Below, piece after piece: positions 9,349 to 19,300 of a DNA stretch of 64,000 bases; the first letter of the stretch is position 1, and the number at the start of each line of letters is the position of its first letter. The translations under genes were made by a program, and so were the position numbers. The notes beneath the pieces were generated by a model. The model was not told the origin of the DNA. It saw nothing but the letters and a program-made list of their open reading frames with translations, and did no database searches. The stretch comes from Actinomycetes bacterium (GTDB taxonomy: Bacteria > Actinomycetota > Acidimicrobiia > Acidimicrobiales > Ilumatobacteraceae), in NCBI GenBank assembly GCA_031400715.1, contig JANNQK010000264.1:4094-68093 (forward strand), written 5' to 3'.

Positions 9349-9571
9349 CACGACAGAGGTATCGGCGGCTCGGGGGATTTCTGTAGCGGTTCGGGGGATG
9401 AGTGACCTCCCCCGGCCGAACCGTGATCGACGCGTGGGCTGCGTGGCCGGCGTGGCCGGCGTGCGGAGCCGGCTCGCGTCACCCCCTGGGATCGAACCAT
9501 GTGACCTGCGTCGGTCTCAAGTGTTCGGCAAGTGGGTCGCCGGACACGGGTGTGTCCGGACAGTGAGCATC

Positions 9572-9790
9572 GTGAACATCTCGACGTCGTCCGCGGCACT
9601 GGCGAACCTCGCCACCGGTCGGCTGCAAGCGGAAGTGGCGACGACGGTGTTGGGCAAGGCGCTCGACAACGAGGTCGCAGCGGCTACATCCTTGATCGAG
9701 GCGCTGTCGGTGTCGGAGCCCGCTGGATTGACGTTCTCCGCGGCTGGCCTGTCGTCGGGCCGATCCCGGACCTTCATCGCCGATCTCTGA
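9572..9790 (+). CDS. YjfB-like small protein (putative motility protein family)
   Basis: VNISTSSAALANLATGRLQAEVATTVLGKALDNEVAAATSLIEAL resembles YjfB-family sequences. It has a GTG start (an alternative GTG lies at 9563). Confidence 0.45.
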   Translation: MNISTSSAALANLATGRLQAEVATTVLGKALDNEVAAATSLIEALSVSEPAGLTFSAAGLSSGRSRTFIADL

Positions 9791-9835
9791 TCCGTCCAGA
9801 TCGGGCCAGATCGGGCCGGATCACGTCGGGCCGGA

Positions 9836-10282
9836 TCACGTCGTCGCGTCGACGATCGCCCGCAGATGTGGCCACGCCGCGGCGAACCCTGCGTGCAGCG
9901 ACCGCTCGGTCACAGCGTCGAGGGCGACCCACTCGACCGCGTCGGTCTCGAAGTTCATCGAACGCCCGAACGGGCCGTCGACTTCGATGACCACGGTGGT
10001 GTACTGCCAGTCGACGGCTGGATCGAAGACGTACTCGCCCAGGACGCGGTGATCCTCGGGCACGTCTCCCACCTCTTCGCTCGCCTCGCGTAGAGCAGCG
10101 TCGTACGGGGTCTCGCCTTCGTCCATCGCTCCGCCGGCCACGCTCCAGGTGCCGCCCTCGTGGGCGAACGCAGAGCGCTTCTGCAGCATCACCTCCGCCT
10201 GGTCGCCGGCCGGTCGCATCACGAACAGCACACCGGCTGCGCCGAACACACCCCAGCGGACGTGGCCGTCGCTGCAACGCAT
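9836..10282 (-). CDS. NUDIX hydrolase
   Basis: Nudix box GGAMDEGETPYDAALREASEEVG. The internal ATG (MRCSDG...) was chosen as the start. Confidence 0.8.
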   Translation of the reverse strand: MRCSDGHVRWGVFGAAGVLFVMRPAGDQAEVMLQKRSAFAHEGGTWSVAGGAMDEGETPYDAALREASEEVGDVPEDHRVLGEYVFDPAVDWQYTTVVIEVDGPFGRSMNFETDAVEWVALDAVTERSLHAGFAAAWPHLRAIVDATT

Positions 10283-10423
10283 GAACCCGTCACCCGATCG
10301 TCGTCCACCGCCCCAGGAACTCACGTGCAGCAGTCTGCACCACGACGCATGGATGGTGCCGGATCGCATCGACCACCGGGCTCGTCCCTGCGTCGGGCCG
10401 CGTGGTGGGCATCGTGCCGGGGT

Positions 10424-12304
10424 TCAGCGGTCGGCTTGCGGCCCCTCGACATCGATGACGGTGACTTCCCCGATCGGGTCGGGGAGCGATCGCGGCCCCT
10501 CGGCCCGTGTGATCGGGAAGGGGATGCAGCCCGGTTGTGCTCCCAGCAGCCGCAAGCCCGACAGATCGCCCGCCTGGTACGTGTCGTAGCCGTTGGCATA
10601 GGCGTACATGAGCTGCGTCGGGTCGGTCACGTGCGACAGTCCGAGCGCGTGGCCCAGTTCGTGGGCCAACGTCCCGGTGAGCATGTCCTCGATGCCCTGG
10701 GATGTGTTGAAGGCCAGATCGCTGCGGACGATGACCGAACCACGCACGATCTGGCCGGGTGCGTAGCTGAAGCCGCCGATCGCCAGCACGCTCCCGGTGA
10801 GCGACGGATGGTCGGCTGATGTCCCCCAGCGCACGGTCAGTTGGCCGTTGGCCGGAGCCGGATTGGTGGTCACCTCGGTGACCACCAAGTCGAGATTGGT
10901 GGCCCGTCGCGCTTGTTCGATCGCGTTCGCGAATGCGGCCCGACCGTGCGGTTGGGCTCCGGCGAAGTTCACCCGCACCTGGATGCTCTGGCAGGGATTC
11001 CAACGGGTGTAGCTGCCATCGGTCGAGACGACGCTGAACTTGTACGACGAGGAGTACACCGGGGTCGTGTCGGGGGTGGTGGCAGGGGTCGATCGCGCTG
11101 CCGTCACGAAGTAACCGGTCGTGTCGATCACCAGATGTGTGCGTGCCTGCGCGTACACGTTCACGCCCATGGCCGATGCCGGGGTGATCGTGCCGGCCGC
11201 CAACACCTGGCGGCTGAGTGCGTTCGACACCGCCGCGTTCGGACGGCTGGTGCCGGTGGGGTAGGCAGTCAGGAAACCGTCGCCGGATGGGTCGACGATC
11301 GTGATGTTCATCGCGACGGAGCCGGCGGTCGCGAGGCTGAACGGGAACCCTGAGGTGTTCAGTGTGGCCGCGGGCCCGATCGGGTCGAGCGCACCGCTCG
11401 CCCCGCGCGTGTCGGCCACCCGCGTCGGTGCGATGGGAACGAACAAGCCTTCGGTGCTCGACGGCGAACCGGCGCCGGTGAAGTAGCCGTTCACGTCGAG
11501 CACCACGTCACCGCCGCGCAACGAGCTGATGTCGAAGCGACCGTTCGTCAGCGGCACGATCGCCGAAGCGGTGGCCGGGGCCTCGGCGAACTCGGTGTTC
11601 ACGACACTGGTGCCGGGCCACGGGGTGCCGGCCGGCCATGCCGCGAACCATCCCGGATCGCCGATCGCCGTGAATGACACGACTGCGGCGGCCGCGGTCG
11701 GGGGCACGCCGACGGCGGTGGCATCGATCGATCGCACCTCGTCCGGGGCGAGCGGGTCGAGGATGTCGCGGGTGTCGAGCAAGCGAGACGGCCCGAGCGG
11801 CACGAGACGTCCGGTCGTGGCTGCCATGGCCGGACGGAAGACGCCGGTGAGGTCGACGACGAGATGGGTTCCCGCCTGTGTGAAGAGCCGGATGTTGCCA
11901 TCGGCGCCGATCGGAGTGATCGCGAAGTTGGCCCGAGTCTGACCGGTGCGGTCGACGTTGAGCGCGCTCGTGTCGGGCCGTGAACCGTCGCCCCACACCG
12001 TCACGAATCCGGCGCCTCGAGCGTCGGTGGCCACGATGGTGATGGACGCGGCGACGGCATCAGCGGGTACCCCCGGCTTCGAACGCACGGGCACCACGAT
12101 CGAACTCCCGGCGAGTGGGGCCGGCGCGCCGCCATCGCGCGTGTCGACGAGACGGATCGGCCCGACGGCAGCGAACGACGTGGTGCTGAGCGCGGCGTCG
12201 GCCGGACCCGACGGGGCAAGCGCAGCCCCTCCGATGCCCAACGCGGCACAGATCAGGATGAGGAGAGGAGTCCGCCGCCGAAGCACGAAACGGCATCGGC
12301 ACAC
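10424..12304 (-). CDS. Secreted protein with four repeated ~120-aa domains and a C-terminal matrixin-type zinc metalloprotease
   Basis: Signal peptide present. Repeated xRLxDTR...GYF/GVF modules. The HELGHALGLSH zinc motif indicates M10/matrixin. Confidence 0.75.
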   Translation of the reverse strand: MCRCRFVLRRRTPLLILICAALGIGGAALAPSGPADAALSTTSFAAVGPIRLVDTRDGGAPAPLAGSSIVVPVRSKPGVPADAVAASITIVATDARGAGFVTVWGDGSRPDTSALNVDRTGQTRANFAITPIGADGNIRLFTQAGTHLVVDLTGVFRPAMAATTGRLVPLGPSRLLDTRDILDPLAPDEVRSIDATAVGVPPTAAAAVVSFTAIGDPGWFAAWPAGTPWPGTSVVNTEFAEAPATASAIVPLTNGRFDISSLRGGDVVLDVNGYFTGAGSPSSTEGLFVPIAPTRVADTRGASGALDPIGPAATLNTSGFPFSLATAGSVAMNITIVDPSGDGFLTAYPTGTSRPNAAVSNALSRQVLAAGTITPASAMGVNVYAQARTHLVIDTTGYFVTAARSTPATTPDTTPVYSSSYKFSVVSTDGSYTRWNPCQSIQVRVNFAGAQPHGRAAFANAIEQARRATNLDLVVTEVTTNPAPANGQLTVRWGTSADHPSLTGSVLAIGGFSYAPGQIVRGSVIVRSDLAFNTSQGIEDMLTGTLAHELGHALGLSHVTDPTQLMYAYANGYDTYQAGDLSGLRLLGAQPGCIPFPITRAEGPRSLPDPIGEVTVIDVEGPQADR

Positions 12305-12410
12305 GTTGCGGCGGTCCTTGAGTCAAGAGAGATCTCGATTCACTCAAGATCCGAACGCGCCGCGTGGCGATCCCGGGAATGGCCCCCGTGGTCGGGGGGT
12401 TGCAGGACGC

Positions 12411-12803
12411 ATGACGATTCCTGACTCTCACATCGACCTCCTCGAGTCGACGGCCCTCGCGCATGTGGCCACCATCGGCCCCGACGGGAAGCCGCAGAAC
12501 AACCCGGTCTGGTTCGGCTGGGACGGTACGAACGTGCTGTTCAGCCAGACGACCGGTCGACAGAAGTACCGGAACCTGAAGGCCGATCCCGACGTGGCGC
12601 TGTCGATCGTCGACTCCGCCAACCCGTACCGTTACCTCGAAGTCCGTGGCACCGTTGCCGAGATCGTCGACGATCCCGGCAACGCGTTCATCAACTCGAT
12701 GGCCAAGAAGTACATCGACCAGGACGTGTACCCGTGGCACCAGCCGGGCGACCACCGCGTGGTCGTGAAGGTGCTCCCCACACATACGACCCAGATGGGC
12801 TGA
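12411..12803 (+). CDS. PPOX-class (pyridoxamine 5'-phosphate oxidase-like), probably F420-dependent, oxidoreductase
   Basis: MTIPDSHIDLLESTALAHVATIGPDGKPQNNPVWFGWDG...YRYLEVRGTVAEIVDD is typical of this family. The upstream part of ORF 11946.. is an antisense shadow of the matrixin gene. Confidence 0.7.
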   Translation: MTIPDSHIDLLESTALAHVATIGPDGKPQNNPVWFGWDGTNVLFSQTTGRQKYRNLKADPDVALSIVDSANPYRYLEVRGTVAEIVDDPGNAFINSMAKKYIDQDVYPWHQPGDHRVVVKVLPTHTTQMG

Positions 12804-12904
12804 CGGGCCGCGGGCGATCCGGATCGCCGGGTCGCCCATGGTCCCGCCGTAGGGTTGACGGCGTGTGTGAGCCCGACGACCGAGACGCGCGGCAACTCCC
12901 CGCC

Positions 12905-13792
12905 GTGAGCAACGGGAACCTCGAGCGGTTCTCCGGGTTCGCCGATCTGTACGACGGGCACCGACCCTCGCCGCCCCTTCGCCTGGGTGCGGTGCTGGCG
13001 TCGTACGCGGGTGTCGGGCATCCATCGGTGGTCGACCTCGGCAGTGGCACGGGTCTCTCCACCCGATGGGCTGGGTCGTGGGCGACGTCGGTGATCGGCG
13101 TGGAGCCCAATGACGACATGCGAACCCAGGCCGAGGCGCGCCCGCTGCCGAACGTGTCGTACAGCGAAGGGGCGAGCCACGACACACGTCTCGAAACCGC
13201 ATCTGCCGACGTCGTGGTCGCGGTGCAAGCCATGCACTGGATGGAGCCGGTGGCCACCTTGGCAGAGGTGACGCGGGTGTTGAGGCCTCACGGTGTCTTC
13301 GCCGTGATCGATGCGGATTGGCCGCCGGTGACCGGAGTGCGGTCAGCAGAGCAGGCGTGGGTCGTGCTGCACGAGCGGATCCGAGTGTTGGAGGCGCGAG
13401 CCGCCCGAGGTGACGAAGGAGCGGCGCTGCGCCGGCCGATCAGCCGAGATGACCCGTCGCTCGTCGACGACGATCTGCATGATCCACATCGGAATCGAGA
13501 GATCCCGGGCGGCGTGCAGAGCTGGTCGAAGACCGAGCACCTGGCACGCATGCGGGCGAGCCGCCGGTTCGTGTTCACTCGTGAGCTCCTGTACGACGAG
13601 CCAGTCCTCGGTGGCGCTGACAGGTTCGGCGCCCTCATGCGCAGCCAGGGCAGCTACCAGGGGCTGCGACGTCGGGGGCTCACCGACGCCGAGATCGGGG
13701 CGACGGCGTTCGACGACGTGGTGACCGATGCATTGGCCGATCACGAGTCGCTGTCGTTCTCATGGCGCGTCCGAATCGGCATCGTGCCCTGA
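12905..13792 (+). CDS. Class I SAM-dependent methyltransferase
   Basis: Motif I VVDLGSGTGLST, then VIGVEPNDDM. The start is uncertain (GTG at 12905 or 12863). Confidence 0.7.
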   Translation: MSNGNLERFSGFADLYDGHRPSPPLRLGAVLASYAGVGHPSVVDLGSGTGLSTRWAGSWATSVIGVEPNDDMRTQAEARPLPNVSYSEGASHDTRLETASADVVVAVQAMHWMEPVATLAEVTRVLRPHGVFAVIDADWPPVTGVRSAEQAWVVLHERIRVLEARAARGDEGAALRRPISRDDPSLVDDDLHDPHRNREIPGGVQSWSKTEHLARMRASRRFVFTRELLYDEPVLGGADRFGALMRSQGSYQGLRRRGLTDAEIGATAFDDVVTDALADHESLSFSWRVRIGIVP

Positions 13793-14188
13793 CACGACGG
13801 CACGATGACCGTGTGTTGACCAGCTGTTGACCCGATCATGGGATGGTTCGCCCACGGATCAGCGATCTCCCATTCGAAGCTATGTGGTTGGGAGAGCACG
13901 TGGTGGGTTCGCCAGGGGTTCGATCGGTTGTCGGCGTTGGATTCGTGGCGAAGTCGGTGCGGTCGATCGTTGATCCGTACCACCTTCGAGGGATGGGCGG
14001 GTCTCTTGATGTGCACGTCGAGGGTGGGGAGGCAGCCCCGCCGAACCACCCTCGCTTGCAACGCAGCCGGTCGACGGTTGCCAGACTGGTCGACCACCCC
14101 CCGGCCGATCTCTGGTCGCCGTCGGTCGGAGGCGTGCGCATGCTGATCCCGCATCCGATCCCCGGATCCGATCTCGACATCTGATGGC

Positions 14189-16270
14189 ATGACAGCGATG
14201 AAGCCACATCCATGGTTCGAGTCCCCCACCGGTGTCGTCGTGATGAGCCATCACGGGAGGGTGAGCAGGAAGGCACGTGAAGGCACCGTTGCTGCGATGG
14301 TGGCCGCCTACGACCTCGGCTATCGCTGGTTCCAGATCGATGTGGTTCCGATCAAGGACGACCTGATCTCGATGCACGCGGTGTTCGGACGACGAATCGG
14401 ATTCCGTGGTCGGACACTCGAGCAGGTGCGGGCCCGCATTCCCTACGTGTCGACGCTGCGCGAGTTGCTCGACCACCCGGGCATGCCCGAGGCGCGGTGG
14501 AACATCGAGGTCAAGACGCGAACCGCCCTGCCGGTGCTGATCAGCGAACTGAAGCACTCGAAGGCGCTGAGTCGGGTGATGGTGTCGGCTCCCGCTCATC
14601 CGGGGATCGTGCGCGAGGTACGCGAGACCTTCGGCTCGCTCGTCGCCGTGTCGGCCCCGCTGATGCACGGCGGCGTGTTCGGCCGAGCGTTCACATCACC
14701 CAGGATCGATCACGACGGCATGCAGGTGTACCGCCCGTTCGGACGTCGAGCGCGCCGTGTGCATGGCACAGGACCGACCCGGGTGCAATCGTGGACGATT
14801 CGCAAACCGGATCATCTGCAGGCGTGCATCGCCGACACGTGCGATCCAGTGGTGAGAGACAGCGATGTGGCCACACGCGAACGCTTGCGGGCGCTCGGCG
14901 TGTGGCCCGAGTTCGACGAGCCCGAGATCCAGCCGCCGCCGGAGATCGAGGTGCCGCCCGAGATCCAGCCGCCGCCGGAGATCGAGGTGCCGCCGGAGAT
15001 CGAGGTGCCGCCGGAGATCCAGCCTCCACCGGAGATCGAGGTGCTGATGCTCGGGGGCGGCGGGTGGCGAGGTGCGTTCGGCTCGATCGGTTCGCTGGCG
15101 TACCTGGCGTCGACCGACCGGTGGCGGCATGTTCGCCACGTCGTCGGGCTGAGCGGAGGCTCGTTCGTCATCGGCGCAATGGGCGCTCACGACGTGGACG
15201 ACGATCGACCGTGGCCCCTGCTCGCTTCGCTCACGAAGGACATGATCGGGCTCAGGTGGTGGATGTACGGGGCGATCGCCGGGCTGGCGTTGCCCGTCGC
15301 TGCAGTCGCGCTGCTGGTGTGGTGGTGGATGCCGATGTTGCTGATGGTTCCGACGATCCTGCTGTACCTCAGCCGGCAGGTCATCAGCGTCGAGTGGCGG
15401 TGGATGATGATGCGCCTGTTCCACGACTCGGGGCCTCGGGAAGAGGGCAAGCGTCGCTACGTGGTCTGCGCCACGGGCCGGTCGTCTGCCAGGCCGCACT
15501 TCTTCGTCACCGGTGACCTCACCGAACTGCAAGCCGACGGATCACGCCGAGGCGAGGACTGGGGACGCGTCGTGCCTGCGGGGTGGACGTGGACCGATGC
15601 GGTCGTGTCGTCGACGGCGTTGCCCTGGGTGAACGGCTACCGCACCGAGACCGATCGTCGGCTCGGGCGCGCCGGACGGGGAGAGGTGCTGATCGACGGC
15701 GGGGTGGTGGGCATCTTCGGCCGGCAGTGGTTCGATCGGGCCCTGCTCGGAAGTTCGGCTGGTGACTCGAAGCGCACGCTCGCGATCGACACCGGGCGCA
15801 AGCTCCGCACGGGTGGTCGGCTGATCGAACGGATCACGAGCCTGTCGACCGTCGGTCTGCTCTCACGATGGGTGCAGATCGCGCTCGACGCCTCGTTCCG
15901 CAAGGAGATCGAGCGCGCCGACCGTGCGGAGAACGAGGCGACCTCTGGCCGGGTGGTGATGAACCTGGTTCGCGTGGCCGAGACCGACGAAGGCGACCAT
16001 CACGAGGACGAGGCCCGGTGGCACGAAGTTGCTCGACGGTTGGAGCATGGCCGGTGCATCGTGCGCCGCTTCGGTCTCACAGGATTGTCGACGCGGAACT
16101 GTCTGACGACCGTGGTGGTCGCGGTGGTGGCCTGCTTGGTGGACATCGAAGGCATCGCAGAGCTCGACGCCGTCGACGACCAGTTGCGCGACATCGACCA
16201 GCGCCTGCACGAGATCGGTGAGCGGCTGGGGGTGGGCCCGAACCTGGCCATGATCTGGGCTGCGCTCTGA
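14189..16270 (+). CDS. Fusion protein: GDPD-like domain, PEIxxP repeat linker, membrane-embedded patatin-like phospholipase
   Basis: N-terminus: SHHGRVSRKAREGTVAAMVAAYDLGYRWFQIDVV is GDPD-like, but HRG/ENT/E.DV appear here as HHG/EGT/Q.DV. Patatin part: GGGGWRG oxyanion motif, GLSGG (GxSxG) and DGG. Hydrophobic helices are inserted (LALPVAAVALLVWWWMPMLLMVPTILLYL). Confidence 0.7.
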   Translation: MTAMKPHPWFESPTGVVVMSHHGRVSRKAREGTVAAMVAAYDLGYRWFQIDVVPIKDDLISMHAVFGRRIGFRGRTLEQVRARIPYVSTLRELLDHPGMPEARWNIEVKTRTALPVLISELKHSKALSRVMVSAPAHPGIVREVRETFGSLVAVSAPLMHGGVFGRAFTSPRIDHDGMQVYRPFGRRARRVHGTGPTRVQSWTIRKPDHLQACIADTCDPVVRDSDVATRERLRALGVWPEFDEPEIQPPPEIEVPPEIQPPPEIEVPPEIEVPPEIQPPPEIEVLMLGGGGWRGAFGSIGSLAYLASTDRWRHVRHVVGLSGGSFVIGAMGAHDVDDDRPWPLLASLTKDMIGLRWWMYGAIAGLALPVAAVALLVWWWMPMLLMVPTILLYLSRQVISVEWRWMMMRLFHDSGPREEGKRRYVVCATGRSSARPHFFVTGDLTELQADGSRRGEDWGRVVPAGWTWTDAVVSSTALPWVNGYRTETDRRLGRAGRGEVLIDGGVVGIFGRQWFDRALLGSSAGDSKRTLAIDTGRKLRTGGRLIERITSLSTVGLLSRWVQIALDASFRKEIERADRAENEATSGRVVMNLVRVAETDEGDHHEDEARWHEVARRLEHGRCIVRRFGLTGLSTRNCLTTVVVAVVACLVDIEGIAELDAVDDQLRDIDQRLHEIGERLGVGPNLAMIWAAL
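14921..15043 (+). repeat. In-frame 18-nt tandem repeat encoding (PPEIEV/PPEIQP), about 7 units
   Basis: The protein reads EPEIQPPPEIEVPPEIQPPPEIEVPPEIEVPPEIQPPPEIEV. The nucleotide units are near-identical. Confidence 0.85.
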
Positions 16271-16310
16271 ACACCGGCCTCCACTGGTCGACCGGCGCGT
16301 GCTCCGCGGC

Positions 16311-19300
16311 TCACGCTCGGAGGAGATCGTCGAGCACGGGCCGCCACAGATGGGGCGCGTCGAGCTTCGTGACGAGCTGGCGGGCGATGCCGAGGTGGCT
16401 GTGTGCACGACTGCGGTCGCCCATCGTGGCGGCAAGCAAGGCGAGGCCCCCGTCAACAGGGCCGTGGGTGCTGACGCCGTTCCAGGTCATCTGCCCGGCG
16501 TACGGCAACAGCCGTTCGTACAACATCTCGGCGAGGTCCGTGTCGGCCGCATGCCAGATGGGCGTGCAGATCATCGACGCGATCGCGGTCCAGGTCGTGT
16601 CCTCCACCAGATCGAGCTTGCGCTCCGACAGCACGTCGATCAGCTCGCGCACTTCCCGGTGGTCATCGCGCGAGTCGGCGACAGCGCACTTGAGCGCGAG
16701 CCACGAGGTGAACTCGGGCTGCGCTCGCGATCGTTCATCGACGAGGTCCCAGAGCTCGCCGAGTCGCCCTTGGGTTTCGCGCACGGGGATCATCAGCGCA
16801 GCGAAGATCGAGATCGACCAGGTCTCCGGGTAGCTCGCCAAGGATGCATCGAGTCCCTCGAGCGCAAGGCGCTCCGCCACCTCGAGGTCGCCGCGCACGA
16901 ACGCATGTGCCGCCTCGGCATGCAGCAGACCGCGGTCGCGTGTCCGGCGTCGGACCTCGGGGGTGATCACGCGCAACCGTTCGATGCTGGAGTCGACCAG
17001 TTCCCGATCGGCGGTCACCAAACCGAGACCGAACCGGACCCAGGCGGCTTCCCAATGGGCCTCGACGTCGGCAAGCCCGGCGAGTTGCTCGGCAGCGTGC
17101 CAGCGAAGCGGCAGGTCATCGGGATGGGCGAGGCCGAGATGCGAGTTCATCATCACCGAGCGGATGAGGTGCTCGTTCTCGCTACGAAGAGCGATGTCGC
17201 GGGCTTCGAGGTACAGGCTGCGCCCCAGCGGTGAATCGGGTGACGATGCCAGCAACGTGGCCGCCGCGGAGAGCAGTTCGGCGCGTGCATGGTCGGGTAG
17301 TTCGAGCGAGAGTGCGTACTCGAGATGTCGACGCGCTCGCTCGTCGACGCTGCCCACGTGTGTGGTGAAGCCGTGGAGGCACAGCTCGGTCACGGTGCGT
17401 ACCAGCAGTTCGTCGGCTTCGTACTCACTGGCGAGCTCGGCGGCGCGAAGCAGTTCGAGATCGCTCTCGGGGCGGTTGGTCCGGCGCAGGCTGGTACCGA
17501 GCAGGCAGCGCAGCTCGGCCTCGACGAGTTGACCGGTCATGTTGAAGCGCGACACGACGGAGAGACCCTGACGGGCCCAGTCGATCGCGCTGTCCCAGTC
17601 GAACAGAGCCGCGACGTCCTGGGCCGCGTCACAACACGAGCGGGCTGCCCGGATCGGGTCGAGATCGGCTGCGGCGATCGCTTGGGGAGCGATGGCCACC
17701 GAACTCGCCGTGCACGTCTGCAGCGCGCGGCACAGCTCGTCGTGCCACGAGACCCGCGAGCCGAGGGGCACCATCGCAGCGAGCGCATCTGCCACGAGTC
17801 CGTGAACGAAGCGGCCGGAGTGTGGCCCGTGGTCGGCGGCCTGCACCGAGGCATCGGCGGTCGCAGCCGTCGTCGACGAGGCGTACTCCAGTTGGATCAG
17901 GCCGTCGTCTTCGGCGCTCGCCAGTTGCTCACCGGTCCGCCTGCGCAACAGGCGAAGGGGTGGCAGGGGGAAGGACTGACCCAGGAGTGCTGCGAGCTGG
18001 AGCAGCTCGCGCGTGGTGCGGGCGAGACCGGCGGTGCGTTCAGCGACGGCTTCCTGCAGCGTCAGCGGTACCTCGGTTCCCATCTCACCACGGCCGAGCA
18101 CATCGAGCAGCAGACCGAGGAACAGAGGGTTGCCGCCCGTCTGGTGGTGCAGGATCGCAGCCAGATTCTCCGTGGCCCGCAGAGGGAGGGTCTGGCGCAG
18201 CAGTTCGCCCACCTCATCGATGTCGAACGGAGGAACCACGGCCATGGCGTCGCCGATGGCATCGTCGATCGTCGGATGCGTGGGCGACCGTGATGTGAGC
18301 AGGAGATGGAGCCCACGACGGCGCACGAGCGAGGAAACGATCTCCGCCGAGATGGCGTCGAGCCACTGGGCATCTTCGACGATCAAGACGGCGCCCGTGC
18401 CGGAGAGTGCCATGTCGATGAGGTCGGTGAGATCGGCGAGCAGGTCGTCGCGAGTGGTGGGAGGCAGCGAGGCCGTTGCCGGTCCACCCATCACGCGGGT
18501 GGCGGCGTTGACCAGTCGTTTCGAGCGCAGCGCTCTCGACGTGCTGTGCGGCACGACCTCGCTGAGCGCCTCGATGATGGTCGCGATGGCCTGCATCGGT
18601 CGGAACGGATCGGCCAGCGCGGCGGTGCGCACCACCGGGATGTTCTTGTCGATGAGCCGCTGGCCGATCAGACGGGTGAGGATCGTCTTGCCCACCCCGG
18701 GGTCGCCCATCAGCAGCACGGGCTCGGTGTCGAGCGTGTCGACGACACGGTCGACCCACGCCGTGCGCGGGAGGCGAGCAGCCGTGAGCGATGACGCCGA
18801 GAGCCGGTCGATCGCCGACAGTGCGATGGGTGCGCCGATCTCATGGCGCAAGATCTGCGACTCCAACTCCGCGACCTCGGGGGCGATGACGGCGCCGATG
18901 TCGGCGATCGCCTCGCTGTGGGTGCGGATCACACGCACTGCTTCGACCTGACGGGTCGCCAGCGCGTAGAGCCGTGCGAGACGCATGGCCACATCGCCGC
19001 GCGATGGATCGTCGGCGAACATCTGCTCGACCAGCGCCACAGATGATGAACCGGTTCGACTGGCCAGCTCGGCATCGGCGAGCTCGAGCACGACCTCGTC
19101 GCGCAGTGCGAGGAGGCGCCAACTCGTCGGATCGACGAGCGCGTTGTCGACGTTGGCGAACGGCAGCGGCCCACGCCACTCCGCCAATGCCAGCGCGTAC
19201 TGGCGTGCTGCGTCGGCGGGTGGCAGGTCTCGGGCGCCGGCGACCAGTTGCTCGAATCGTGTGGAGTCGAGCAGGTCGAGTGGCCCTCGCAACCGATAAC

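Noticed and set aside
11946-12410. The N-terminal 155 aa of plus-strand ORF 11946..12803.
   Set aside because: It is antisense to the matrixin-protein gene. The PPOX-family sequence starts at ATG 12411.
13793-14188. A ~400-bp gap with overlapping 100-160-aa ORFs on both strands (13838..14146, 13843..14184, 13836..14276 and others), plus a GGTTCGATC string reminiscent of a tRNA T-loop.
   Set aside because: No ORF has convincing GC3 bias or any motif. The T-loop-like string lacks a complementary T-stem and any cloverleaf context. I left the region unannotated as a possible promoter/leader for the GDPD-patatin gene.
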